From a virus: a stretch of DNA of 64,000 bases. Of this stretch, positions 28,564 to 38,436 are shown in pieces. Numbering within the stretch: the first letter of the stretch is position 1; every line of letters starts with the position of its first letter. The position numbers were made by a program, and so were the translations under genes. The stretch lies in the IMG/VR virus record IMGVR_UViG_3300032246_001438, positions 14,710 to 78,709 of that record. One strand, 5' to 3'. The notes beneath the pieces are model-generated. The model was not told the origin of the DNA and searched no databases. It worked only from the letters and a program-made list of their open reading frames with translations.

Positions 28564-29213
28564 TGGGTAACGGATTTGTTATTGCAGAAGACCTGGCTCT
28601 TAAAACTATGTTGCAGGGTCTGACTGTGGGGGATGAGAAAAGCTCTGCTCGTCCAGTAAAAGTATGGTTTGGGTATCCAGATGTTGAAGTAAGAGCACAA
28701 GAGTTTCCATTTATGACTATAGATTTAATTGACATTGTCCCAGCAAATGACCGCCAAACATCAGGCCGTCTATATGATGGGGACTACAGAGGAACTATTG
28801 CGCCTGTAGGACGCAGCACATACTCTTATGAGATTCCAGTCGCCTATGACATTGTTTACCAAGTGACTTCGTATTCACGTCATCCCCGCCATGATAGAGC
28901 TATTATTTTTCAGCTCTTAAATAAGTTTCCATCAAAGTTCGGAGTTATAGAGGTACCAAATGAACTTGGTACAGAATCCTCTCGTCGCTCTATGTTCCTT
29001 GATGGATATGTAAAACGAGACGCAGTAGATGGAGAAACGGGAAACCGTCGTTTACTGCGTAATGTTTTTACAGTTAGAATAGTAAGTGAAATGACCCCTG
29101 CTGTTGCTATAGCTGCTACACCAGCTGCTAGTAGTGTTGGTATTAACATACTTACAGAAGATGGTCAGCGTCGCACTAGTTCGTATATCCCATCAGGTCT
29201 AACAGCTGTCTAA
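28563..29213 (+). CDS. Probable tail terminator/completion protein
   Basis: Directly upstream of the sheath; FPFMTIDLIDI...YQVTSYSR pattern. Confidence 0.55.
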   Translation: MGNGFVIAEDLALKTMLQGLTVGDEKSSARPVKVWFGYPDVEVRAQEFPFMTIDLIDIVPANDRQTSGRLYDGDYRGTIAPVGRSTYSYEIPVAYDIVYQVTSYSRHPRHDRAIIFQLLNKFPSKFGVIEVPNELGTESSRRSMFLDGYVKRDAVDGETGNRRLLRNVFTVRIVSEMTPAVAIAATPAASSVGINILTEDGQRRTSSYIPSGLTAV

Positions 29214-29251
29214 TATTTGTAACCATGTCAAAATCTAAGGAGATAATTTAA

Positions 29252-30757
29252 ATGGCAGGATTTAATCGCCCAGGGGTGTACGTTCAAGAGACGTTAAACC
29301 CTGTTCAACCAGTAGCAACTGCTACCTCCGACTCATATGCAACCTTTGCTGGTGCAAATGACCGCGGACCAGTAAGCACTCCTACTCTAGTAACTTCTTG
29401 GAGCCAATATGTTAAAGCATTTGGTTCTTGGAACACAACAGCAGCAAATGATTTGCCTATTGCTGTTTACATGTTTTTTAGTAATGGTGGAAGCGCTTGC
29501 TACGTTGTTCGCGTTGCAGCTTCTTCAACCTCAGCCGCTCGTTCATTAAATGACCGCGCTGGAAGTCCGTCAGCAACACTTGCAATTTCTGCTAATACAC
29601 CAGGTACTTGGGGTAACAACCTTAACATTTCTATTTCAAACTCTAACACCACTGGTTACTTTGACTTGACAGTCTATGCAGGTGGAGTTACTGATTCAAA
29701 TATTGTTGAGCGATTTACTGACCTAAACATGACAACTACTGATACACGCTATGCGGTAACTACCGTTAACTCATCATCTGTTTACATTGGTTTAGTAGAT
29801 TTGAACTCAGGTAATACAGGCGCTACTCGTAACCCAGCGGTTGTAACTAACCAAACTTTAAGCGGAGGAACTGGTGGAAACGCATTAGTAGCTTCAGATT
29901 ACTCAACAGCACTTGCTTCTCTAGACACAGTAAGAAACTCTTTGGTTCTTAATGTTGCTGGTATTACAACAACTGCTGTAGTAAACGCTGCAATTGCTTA
30001 CGCTGCCTCTCGTGAAGACGTGTTTGTAGTTGTAGACAGCCTAGCGCTTACCGCAACTGCCGCTCTTTCTTTAGCTGCAACATACACACCAAGTTCTTTA
30101 GCAGCTGTGTACCACCCAGCTTTGGTCATCTCTGACCCAACTACTGCTCTCGGAGCATCCTCAACTCTTACTAAGACTATTGGTGCTGCTTCTTCTGTTG
30201 CTGGAATTATGATGGCAACAGATGCTTCTCGCGGAGTATTTAAAGCACCAGCTGGTCTTCAGTCACGTGTTGCTGGCGCAGTATCTGTTACTTCATTAAC
30301 AAATGCGGAACTAGATGCTTTGAATACAGCAGCAGCACCAATTAACGCTATTAAATATGTTCCTGGTTCAGGAATCTGCGTTATGGGTTCACGTACTCTA
30401 AAGACAGGTTATGTAGATAAGTACATTCCAGTTCGTCGTACCTTAATCTACTTACGTAAATCTCTTACTTCACTTACAGAGTTTGCAATCTTTGAGCCAA
30501 ACGATGAGCAGCTATGGCGTCGTCTTGAAGCAACTGTTAACTCATTCTTAACAACTTTCTGGTCACAGGGCGGTCTCCGTGGAGCAGAGCCTAAAGAAGC
30601 ATTCTTCGTTAAGGTAGATAAAGAGAACAATCCTCAGTATCTTATTGATAACGGAGAAGTACACATTGAAGTTGGCGTTTCTCTACAGCGTCCAGCTGAA
30701 TTCGTTGTAATCAAAATTGGTCAGTTTGACGGTGGAACCACCGTTACTGTGGCGTAA
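29252..30757 (+). CDS. Tail sheath protein
   Basis: RPGVYVQE, FFSNGGSACYVVRV, RGVFKAPAG, YIPVRR, FEPNDEQLW, PAEFVVIKI motifs. Confidence 0.95.
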   Translation: MAGFNRPGVYVQETLNPVQPVATATSDSYATFAGANDRGPVSTPTLVTSWSQYVKAFGSWNTTAANDLPIAVYMFFSNGGSACYVVRVAASSTSAARSLNDRAGSPSATLAISANTPGTWGNNLNISISNSNTTGYFDLTVYAGGVTDSNIVERFTDLNMTTTDTRYAVTTVNSSSVYIGLVDLNSGNTGATRNPAVVTNQTLSGGTGGNALVASDYSTALASLDTVRNSLVLNVAGITTTAVVNAAIAYAASREDVFVVVDSLALTATAALSLAATYTPSSLAAVYHPALVISDPTTALGASSTLTKTIGAASSVAGIMMATDASRGVFKAPAGLQSRVAGAVSVTSLTNAELDALNTAAAPINAIKYVPGSGICVMGSRTLKTGYVDKYIPVRRTLIYLRKSLTSLTEFAIFEPNDEQLWRRLEATVNSFLTTFWSQGGLRGAEPKEAFFVKVDKENNPQYLIDNGEVHIEVGVSLQRPAEFVVIKIGQFDGGTTVTVA

Positions 30758-30771
30758 AGGAGAGCCAATAA

Positions 30772-31407
30772 ATGACAGATAGCATAATCAATCGCTTCTC
30801 AACGCTAGCGACAGACCCACTACGTTCGTTTAAATTCGTTGCAGAGTTTTCACAAGCGGGTACTGAACCAGTATTTGACAAGCGCATCTTGACATCGTCA
30901 AGCACAGCACCAGCAACCTCTGGAGTTTCTGCAGGTTGGATTGGTGGTTTTAGTAACATCAGCGGGTTGAGTGTTAACACTCAGTCAATTCAGTACCGTG
31001 AAGGTGGCTACAACACCACTGTACACCAGGTACCTGGTATGACTACATTTACCCCAATTACTATGCAGCGTGGTGTTCTTTATGGAAACGACCAAGCAAT
31101 TACATGGATGCGTGGCCTATTTGGCGCTTCATCTGGTGAAGGTTTGGCAACTGGTGGCACTGGAAGTGCCGCAAAAAGCTTCCGCGTTAACATTAACGTT
31201 TACGTTATGAGTCATCCAGATGCTAATTCAGACACCCCAGTAATGGGTTTCAAGATTCACAATGCTTGGATTAGTACGCTAAACTACACAGACTTAAACG
31301 CTGCAGATGGAGCAATTTTATTTGAGTCTATGTCTCTTGTTCACGAAGGCTTGTCAGTCTTCTTTACAGGCTCAGACTACTCTCGTAAAGATGGTCTACC
31401 AAAGTAA
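30772..31407 (+). CDS. Tail tube protein (T4 gp19-like)
   Basis: DPLRSFKF, GFSNISGL, YREGG...PG...FTPITMQRG, ESMSLVHEG. Confidence 0.92.
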   Translation: MTDSIINRFSTLATDPLRSFKFVAEFSQAGTEPVFDKRILTSSSTAPATSGVSAGWIGGFSNISGLSVNTQSIQYREGGYNTTVHQVPGMTTFTPITMQRGVLYGNDQAITWMRGLFGASSGEGLATGGTGSAAKSFRVNINVYVMSHPDANSDTPVMGFKIHNAWISTLNYTDLNAADGAILFESMSLVHEGLSVFFTGSDYSRKDGLPK

Positions 31408-31437
31408 TCTAATTTAAACTAACTAGGAGTATAAATC

Positions 31438-32238
31438 GTGTCCGACCCACAAATCATTACTGATTCGCAACTACTCGAGCAATTTGTTGAAAAGGCCCAG
31501 AAGGAGCCCGCACCAGTCATTAAGACGCGGGCCCCTTCAGAGTCTGAAGTACAACTTCCAGGTGGGCATCTTGACAAAGATGGCGAGTTGCACACCACAG
31601 CAGAGGTAAGGGAACTTACTGGAGCTGATGAAGAAGCAGTATCAAAAGCTGGTTCTTCTGGAAAAGCATTAAATGTATTGCTTCAAAGAGGCCTTACTAA
31701 AATTGGCGGCAACGCGGTATCCCAATCCGACCTTGACACTCTTTTAGCTGGTGACAGAGACGCAATATTGCTGGGTATTCGTAGAGTAACTTTTGGACCA
31801 ACCGCTACATTAGCGGTTCGTTGTCTAGAGTGTATGAGCGAAGGCGCAGAAGAGATTGACCTAACTAAAGATGTTCCTATCAAAAAGTTAGACAATCCAA
31901 TTGAAGACAGAGCTTGGACTATGGAGACTAAAAAGGGAACCGTAGAAGTTCGACTTCCAAATGGATTAACACAAAAGAAGTTGATGGAAAACTATGAAAA
32001 AACATCAGCTGAGATTAATACGCTACTACTATCTGGATGTATTGTTTCAATAGATGGAGTTCAATCAGTAGGTGCAGGAACTGCTTTATCACTTGGTATG
32101 GCTGACCGCACAAAAATTGTTGAAGAGATTATCAACCGTAACCCAGGCCCACGCCTTGGGGAGGTGAAGAAGCCCTGCAAGGCATGTGGTGAGTCTATGG
32201 ATTTACCTCTGAGCTTGCTAGATTTGTTTCGTATATAG
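31438..32238 (+). CDS. Tail/baseplate-hub assembly chaperone
   Basis: VRELTGADEE, LLAGDRDAILLGIRRVTFG, two CxxC motifs; lies between tube and tape measure. Confidence 0.75.
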   Translation: MSDPQIITDSQLLEQFVEKAQKEPAPVIKTRAPSESEVQLPGGHLDKDGELHTTAEVRELTGADEEAVSKAGSSGKALNVLLQRGLTKIGGNAVSQSDLDTLLAGDRDAILLGIRRVTFGPTATLAVRCLECMSEGAEEIDLTKDVPIKKLDNPIEDRAWTMETKKGTVEVRLPNGLTQKKLMENYEKTSAEINTLLLSGCIVSIDGVQSVGAGTALSLGMADRTKIVEEIINRNPGPRLGEVKKPCKACGESMDLPLSLLDLFRI

Positions 32239-32383
32239 CGAAAAAGATTACGAATCTCTTCTTGATGAATACGAAGTTCTAACAAGAACTTTTACTGGAT
32301 GGACGCTTTCAGACATAAGAGGCCTTTCTGTTAGAGAAAGGCAAAATTGGCTGGAACGCTCTACGAGACTTAAAGGACGGTAA
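32228..32383 (+). CDS. Start-less +1-frame extension of the tail chaperone (predicted programmed frameshift product)
   Basis: FVYSEKDYESLLDEYEVLTRTFTGWTLSDIRGLSVRERQNWLERSTRLKGR; no ATG/GTG/TTG in frame; fills the gap up to the tape measure gene. Confidence 0.7.
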   Translation, partial: FVYSEKDYESLLDEYEVLTRTFTGWTLSDIRGLSVRERQNWLERSTRLKGR

Positions 32384-32388
32384 TGTAA

Positions 32389-34575
32389 GTGGCAGACTCA
32401 AAAGCTTCGTTTAACGTAAGCTCTTCTAAGTCTGGGTCTATTATCTCCGACCTTAGAACAGGTATCTCTACTCTTCGCCAAGAAGTTAACCTTTTAAAAC
32501 AAGATACTGGCGGGTGGGTTAATACCCTATCTGGTGGGGTTAATAAACTACGTGGCGGTGGAGCGGGTGTTGGTTCTAATCAAGTAGCCCCTGAACCACG
32601 CTTTGCTGGCGGAGGAGCCTTAGCTGCTCACGATTTTAATCCGCAAGTTTATACAGGCGGTCCAACTGGAAACCAGGTATTTTCTAACGCTAATAGCGGT
32701 GGAGGCGGCGGCGGGGGTCGCGGTTCTTTTGGTGAATGGTTAAGCGCTAACCGAGGTCCTATATCAACAGCTCTATTTACTGGAAGCATCTCAGCTCTTC
32801 CTAAAACATCAGAAGCAGTAGACATGAACTTGGCAACAAGTCGTGCTGTCTTCTACCAGCAGCAGTCATCTGGTTACGGCTCAACAGGCTCTGTAAAGGG
32901 CGACTACGGCAACGTAACAAGAATGATGAAAGAAGCTCAGCGTGCTGGAACAATTACTAATAAATTTGACGCCGCTAATGCTTTAGCTACAGCAAGCTCT
33001 TACGGTATCTCTGGTCCAAACTTTAATGATGTCTTTATGGGCAGTGCCCAGATGTCAAACCTTACCCCAGGTATGGGTCTTGAACAATCAATGAAAGCAT
33101 ATGGCGCTGTTCAACAGGGTCGAAATGTAAACATGCTTCGCGCTGTTGGCATTCGAATTCGTGGTGAAGACGGTTCTATGAAACCTATGCCACAAATTAT
33201 TGATGAAATTTGGTCAAAACTTAACCGTGAAAAAATTGGTGGAGAACCCCTAACTGTTGAAGATATCAAAATATCTTTGCAGCCTGGTAACGCTTTAGAT
33301 ATGATGATTACTAATCTGTTTGGAACAGACTCCCTAGTACGCCGTCAGGTATCAGACGGTCTTATTCAAAAAGCGCGTACTGGCGGAAAACGTTTAGCTG
33401 GAGCTGACTTAAAAGAGCAGGCACGAGAAACAGGAGCTAGCACTAACGCAGTTCAGTCTTTAAGCAAAAGAGTGTCAACTGCCTCTGATACATTGATGCA
33501 ATTAGCTCCTACAATGAGTAACGTCTTTGAATTTGGAAATAAAATTGTAAGCAGTATTACAAGTACTTTAAACTTTATTGATAGATTTCTCCCTATTTTA
33601 AAAATGCTTGGTGGCATTAAGGCTTTTGGTGAAACAGTATTTGGCGGAGGCGGCCTTTCAATGCTCAACCCCCTTAACTGGATTAAAGGGAAAGAAGCTG
33701 GCGGACCTGTTGCTAAAGATAATCCAACTCCTTACATTGTTGGTGAAAAAGGCCCAGAACTCTTTATGCCTAAGGTTGATGGAACAATTATTCCTAACCA
33801 CGAATTAAAAGCTAAGAACTACCCTTTCCGCCATGAGGGTGGAGAAGTTCACAATAAGACTCACAACGCTCCAGACACTCGTCCTGCAGGAAAAGGAAAG
33901 ATTGTTCTTGGAGATAAAGAGTTAGAAGACATCTTAAAGCAAGCTGGATTTAAAGACCAAGGTCTTGAGAACGCTAAGAAGATTGCACAGGCTGAGTCTG
34001 GGAAACGTCCTTGGGCATTTAACCCTCACGACAAAGACTTATCTTATGGCTTGTTCCAAATCAATATGCTTGGTGGTCTTGCAAAAGAACGCCTAGCTAA
34101 AGAATGGAAAGATGCTAACGGCGGCACTTTTAAACTTAATTCTAATGAAGACTTATATGATGCGCTGACTAATGCAAAAGTAGCTAGACACATGTCTGCT
34201 GGTGGAAAGAACTGGAGTCAGTGGTCAACTAAAGGCGTGCTTAGCGGTGGTAGCGCAGGTTCTTCTGGCTCTGGTGCTTTAGAGTCTGGCGATGGGGGTT
34301 CATCTTCTTCCTCCTCTTCTTCTAAAGACGATTCAAAACCAACAACTCTTAGAGGAATCCTTGATGGTTTCAATAAAGATAATAAGAGCGTTTTGGGAGA
34401 CTTTATTAAAGGAGCTTGGGAAAACATTAAAGGCGGAGGACAGGCTCAACACACCTATAACTACGGTGGAGTAACTATTGCTGTTAATGGTTCAAGTAAT
34501 CCAAGTGATACCGTGGCAGCTCTTAAGTCAGCTTTAAGTAGCCAAACAATGATGAATCAGGCAGCACAATCATAA
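32389..34575 (+). CDS. Tape measure protein with C-terminal lytic transglycosylase domain
   Basis: Position; EAGGPV...PYIVGEKGPELFMP...GTIIPN motif; IAQAESG...SYGLFQINM...NWSQWST lysozyme-like domain. Confidence 0.85.
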   Translation: MADSKASFNVSSSKSGSIISDLRTGISTLRQEVNLLKQDTGGWVNTLSGGVNKLRGGGAGVGSNQVAPEPRFAGGGALAAHDFNPQVYTGGPTGNQVFSNANSGGGGGGGRGSFGEWLSANRGPISTALFTGSISALPKTSEAVDMNLATSRAVFYQQQSSGYGSTGSVKGDYGNVTRMMKEAQRAGTITNKFDAANALATASSYGISGPNFNDVFMGSAQMSNLTPGMGLEQSMKAYGAVQQGRNVNMLRAVGIRIRGEDGSMKPMPQIIDEIWSKLNREKIGGEPLTVEDIKISLQPGNALDMMITNLFGTDSLVRRQVSDGLIQKARTGGKRLAGADLKEQARETGASTNAVQSLSKRVSTASDTLMQLAPTMSNVFEFGNKIVSSITSTLNFIDRFLPILKMLGGIKAFGETVFGGGGLSMLNPLNWIKGKEAGGPVAKDNPTPYIVGEKGPELFMPKVDGTIIPNHELKAKNYPFRHEGGEVHNKTHNAPDTRPAGKGKIVLGDKELEDILKQAGFKDQGLENAKKIAQAESGKRPWAFNPHDKDLSYGLFQINMLGGLAKERLAKEWKDANGGTFKLNSNEDLYDALTNAKVARHMSAGGKNWSQWSTKGVLSGGSAGSSGSGALESGDGGSSSSSSSSKDDSKPTTLRGILDGFNKDNKSVLGDFIKGAWENIKGGGQAQHTYNYGGVTIAVNGSSNPSDTVAALKSALSSQTMMNQAAQS

Positions 34576-35891
34576 TGGCAACCTACGTATCTTCTCAATT
34601 ATCTAAAAAAACAGCTGTAATAAATACTAACGCGTCTACCGCTTCTGCAAAAAACCGCGTATCAAAACTTCCATCTTCTAAAACTGTAGCTAACGTAGCT
34701 TTAACAGCAACAGAGGTTGCGGTAAAAACCGCTGGCGTAGCAGCTGTTGTTGCAAAGACTGGCGCTGGAACTGCGGGTAAAAACTTAGCACTTGCTGCTG
34801 TACGAAGCACTGCTCTACGTCTTGCTGTTGGTGCTGCAGTTACTAATCCAGTTACTGGTTTAATTGTTGGTGGAGCAGCTATTCTTTGGGCTGTAAAAAA
34901 TATTAGAGATAATTTAAATAAAGAAGGTACTACGGACAATACTGATAATCAAACAAAAAAAACTAGAACTACTCCTGAACCTGATAGCAAATGGAACTTG
35001 CCTCCCCATGAGTTTAGTCTTCCTGTAAACCCACGAGTTGTGGCTGGAACACGTTATGCCAGCACAATGATTGGTATAAACGATTCTGACGAGCACATGC
35101 TTCGTCGTGGAAGAATTTGGTTTTTTAATACAGCTGGTTCTCTTTCAACTGTAGATAAGAAAAAAGGAACGGTTACAACCGTTGCAGAGATTAACAAACA
35201 GAATCAAGCAGACAATAAAGAAAAACAAGCGGGTACTGATGACGATGCAATGGATGAACAAGAAAGTTACAAGTATGGGTTTCAATTTTTATGGAATCCA
35301 GAAAGTATCTCTGTGTCTGTAGCTCGAAACCAAGACGTAACCCCATCGGCTGCAGATAGATTAAGAGCGGTATCTGGCGCATTCCCTGGACAAGAAACCG
35401 TAAGCTTTAGTATTGTTCTAGATAGAATTAATGATTTTTCAATGGCATACGCTCATCGCAGAAATGAGGAGTTTCAAACTCGTTCAGCTAAATCTCCAAA
35501 CTTAACAAGTTACGACCAGTTTGCTCCCTACTATAAAAGCGGGTTTCACGCCAACGGTTCAGAAACCTTTAACTACAAAATGAGCAACTTAATGAAGTAT
35601 GGAACTATGGCTGACATTGAGTACTTATTTAAAGCTATTAATGGGGACGGTAAAACAAAAAACTCCCCAAATGGTTGGAAAACTTTATTAGGTAAACACT
35701 CAGCAGATATTGGATACTTGAGACCAACTTTAATGGCTGTGCAAATTGGGCCAGATGAAAACTCTATTTCCTATGTTGGTTGGATTACTCAATTGTCTAT
35801 TAATCATCAATACTTTAATCAAATGATGATTCCACTAAGAAGTACCCTAAGCATAAGCCTAGACTGCTTTGCAGGAAGTACAATCGTATAA
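34575..35891 (+). CDS. Probable tube initiator/baseplate protein
   Basis: YGFQFLWNPESISVS motif; follows the tape measure gene. Confidence 0.55.
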   Translation: MATYVSSQLSKKTAVINTNASTASAKNRVSKLPSSKTVANVALTATEVAVKTAGVAAVVAKTGAGTAGKNLALAAVRSTALRLAVGAAVTNPVTGLIVGGAAILWAVKNIRDNLNKEGTTDNTDNQTKKTRTTPEPDSKWNLPPHEFSLPVNPRVVAGTRYASTMIGINDSDEHMLRRGRIWFFNTAGSLSTVDKKKGTVTTVAEINKQNQADNKEKQAGTDDDAMDEQESYKYGFQFLWNPESISVSVARNQDVTPSAADRLRAVSGAFPGQETVSFSIVLDRINDFSMAYAHRRNEEFQTRSAKSPNLTSYDQFAPYYKSGFHANGSETFNYKMSNLMKYGTMADIEYLFKAINGDGKTKNSPNGWKTLLGKHSADIGYLRPTLMAVQIGPDENSISYVGWITQLSINHQYFNQMMIPLRSTLSISLDCFAGSTIV

Positions 35892-36172
35892 TGACTATTT
35901 ACCTTGGCTCTCGTTATGAGTACGCAACCATTGACTTTTTTTCAACAAAACCTGGTGGGGACGAAAATCCAACCGTTTTTTATTCTGTTTCAAATTTAGG
36001 CAAAGTAACTTACTGGACACACACTTATAAAACTGGTGAACGTTTAGACCAAATATCTAGTAAATACTATAACAAACCAGAACTGTGGTGGCTAATTGCG
36101 GAGTACAATCCTGAAGTAAAAGACTTTATGAACATCTCACCAAATACAAAACTTAGGATTCCTCGTGTTTAA
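35891..36172 (+). CDS. LysM/tail-X-like baseplate protein
   Basis: YKTGERLDQISSKYYNKPELWWLIAEYNP...KLRIP. Confidence 0.85.
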   Translation: MTIYLGSRYEYATIDFFSTKPGGDENPTVFYSVSNLGKVTYWTHTYKTGERLDQISSKYYNKPELWWLIAEYNPEVKDFMNISPNTKLRIPRV

Positions 36173-37496
36173 ATTTATTAATGTTGAATTTCCAGACGCT
36201 CCTAGAGGCCCTCAAGTTATATATGAAGCTCGTTTATACCAAAAAATAAATGAACATGAAATGCTTAGTGTTCGGTTTAGGGATTGGAACGTTGCATACG
36301 AGCATATTAAACCTGGCTCTGCAGCTAAATTTAACATAATGGGAAGCAAATCTTCACGAGAATTTATTGGATACGTGCATCACATTCAACCAAGCCATAC
36401 TCCTGGAACAGCGTTTACAGAAGTTGTTTTTATTGGAGGAACTTTTCCTTTAAAGCAAGCTTCTCAAAAAGTGTATAAAAACATTACAGCAAGTAACATT
36501 GTAACAAAGATAGCAAAAATTCACGGACTTGCTGCTTTTGTAGTTCCAACTAAAAGAATTTTTGAAATGGTATCTCACGCAGCCCACACTGATTGGGAAT
36601 TGCTTGTTCGTCTTGCAAAACAACATGGGTACACTTTAAGAGCTCATAACACAGAGCTTTACTTTGAACCTATATTAAATGATTACGCAACCTATAGGTC
36701 TGTTGCCCCTTACTTTGTCATGCGTAGTGAAAGCAGCGCACAAGGTTCTACCCTGTACAGTTTTAGACCTATAATCAGCGATTCCTTAGAAATAGAGGGC
36801 ACCTTCAAAGCTGCAGTTGCGGTTAGTGGTGTTGACAAAGCTTCAAAAAAGACAACATCAATTACTCAACAAAAACGAAATAAAAAAACTAAATCTATAG
36901 AATCTCTTGAAATGTTTGATAGATTTGAAACTAAAGTTGTTGCACCTACCGCAGAGATTGCTAAATTTGAAGCAGAAGCAGCTGAAGCTAGAAATAGTTT
37001 TCCTTACCGAGCAACCGCTGAGGTACTAGGAGAGCCTAACATTCGACCAAACCTTCCAATTTACATTGACGGCGTTGGTGCAGCTTACAATGGGTTTTGG
37101 ACTGTAATTGGAACAGAGCATATTATCATAGAAACTCAAAGAGATATTGAATACAAGTATACAACCATGCTTCATCTTGGTACCGACTCGTTGGGCTTAG
37201 CAACTAGATGGACAGATGGCTCAGCTATTCAAGCTCCAGATGTTAAACAAAAAAGAATTATTACTCCAGGAAAAAAACAAACAGTTGTAAAACCAAAATC
37301 AAAAATCGTTAAAAGTACTAAACCTAAAAATTCTAAAACTGCGGTTTCTTTTGGTAATATTAGCAACCGTTCAAAGCCAACTTCATCAAAAGCGGCTTCG
37401 CTTTGGAAAACTGCAACTCCTAAACTAACATCTATTACTACAGTAGTACGACGTTCTCCAGTTGTAGCTAAAAGAGTAAAGACGGTAAAAGCATGA
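36165..37496 (+). CDS. Baseplate hub protein (gpD/gp27-like) with basic C-terminal tail
   Basis: TDWELLVRLAKQHGY, GEPNIRPNLPIYIDGVGAAYNGFWTV motifs. Confidence 0.8.
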   Translation: MFKFINVEFPDAPRGPQVIYEARLYQKINEHEMLSVRFRDWNVAYEHIKPGSAAKFNIMGSKSSREFIGYVHHIQPSHTPGTAFTEVVFIGGTFPLKQASQKVYKNITASNIVTKIAKIHGLAAFVVPTKRIFEMVSHAAHTDWELLVRLAKQHGYTLRAHNTELYFEPILNDYATYRSVAPYFVMRSESSAQGSTLYSFRPIISDSLEIEGTFKAAVAVSGVDKASKKTTSITQQKRNKKTKSIESLEMFDRFETKVVAPTAEIAKFEAEAAEARNSFPYRATAEVLGEPNIRPNLPIYIDGVGAAYNGFWTVIGTEHIIIETQRDIEYKYTTMLHLGTDSLGLATRWTDGSAIQAPDVKQKRIITPGKKQTVVKPKSKIVKSTKPKNSKTAVSFGNISNRSKPTSSKAASLWKTATPKLTSITTVVRRSPVVAKRVKTVKA

Positions 37497-38032
37497 ACGA
37501 AGATAAAAGATTTTACGGGCTATATCAGGGAATCTGTGTAGACATAGAAGACCCTGATAAAGAAAGCCGCATTAAATTACTTGTTCCACAAGTTTTGGGG
37601 CAAGAGCCTACTGAATGGGCTCGACCTTGCCTACCTGTTTTAGCTAATACTAATCACCCTGACCATAAGTATCATCTAGCTTCTGAGGTAGCGGCCCTAC
37701 TTAATGCCCACGGAGACCACGCCGTATCTGTATCAGGAACTTCTGGACCAGCAACTGTAAGTACTTTTGGTTCTCATACACATAGCTTTAGCGCAACCCA
37801 GACTTTAGCCCATACTAATAACCACACAGGTAAATCTGATACAACAAACTATCTAGACCATGAGCATAAGACGGTTGCTGATGAAGATAACAAGTGGAAT
37901 GATGACCAAGAAACAGACACGGTTCCAGAGCATACCCCGCACCGTCTAGTTCCAAAACTAGACCAAAAAGTATGGGTTATGTTTGAAGGCGGGGACCCTA
38001 ACTTTCCAGTATGGATGGGAGTAGAACTATGA
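37493..38032 (+). CDS. Baseplate spike protein (gp5/gpV/Vgr OB-fold) with His-rich insertion
   Basis: YGLYQGICVDIEDPDKESRIKLLVPQV...WARPC and VPKLDQKVWVMFEGGDPNFPVWMG flank a ~100-aa insert with 13 His. Confidence 0.85.
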   Translation: MNEDKRFYGLYQGICVDIEDPDKESRIKLLVPQVLGQEPTEWARPCLPVLANTNHPDHKYHLASEVAALLNAHGDHAVSVSGTSGPATVSTFGSHTHSFSATQTLAHTNNHTGKSDTTNYLDHEHKTVADEDNKWNDDQETDTVPEHTPHRLVPKLDQKVWVMFEGGDPNFPVWMGVEL

Positions 38033-38436
38033 GTAGAGCAATAAGCTTGCCTTTTTCTTTTGATAGTAACGGGGGTGTAGCGTACACAACCGATGACAAA
38101 AAAATATGGCAAGACCGAGTTGTGCTTGCGGTTATGACCTATTTTGGAGAACGGGTTATGAGACCTAACTATGGAAGCAGTGTTGAAGAAGCAACCTTTG
38201 AAAACACTACTACAGCTATAAGCATGATTAATCAAGCTATTGCTGGAGCTTTCTCTTTTTGGCTTCCAGACTTAGCCCTTGGAAAAGTTGAAAAAATTTT
38301 AGATGACGATAATGGTGTTTTGTCTGTAAATATAAATTATTCCTACGGCCCAGGGCAATTGGAAGACAGTGTAACGATAAGAACTGATATTCTTAGCAGG
38401 TCAGGCGACCTAATTCGGGAGGTAAGAAATGGCTAG
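38029..38436 (+). CDS. Baseplate wedge protein, gp25/gpW-like
   Basis: AISLPFSF...TYFGERVMRPNYGS. Confidence 0.9.
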   Translation: MSRAISLPFSFDSNGGVAYTTDDKKIWQDRVVLAVMTYFGERVMRPNYGSSVEEATFENTTTAISMINQAIAGAFSFWLPDLALGKVEKILDDDNGVLSVNINYSYGPGQLEDSVTIRTDILSRSGDLIREVRNG

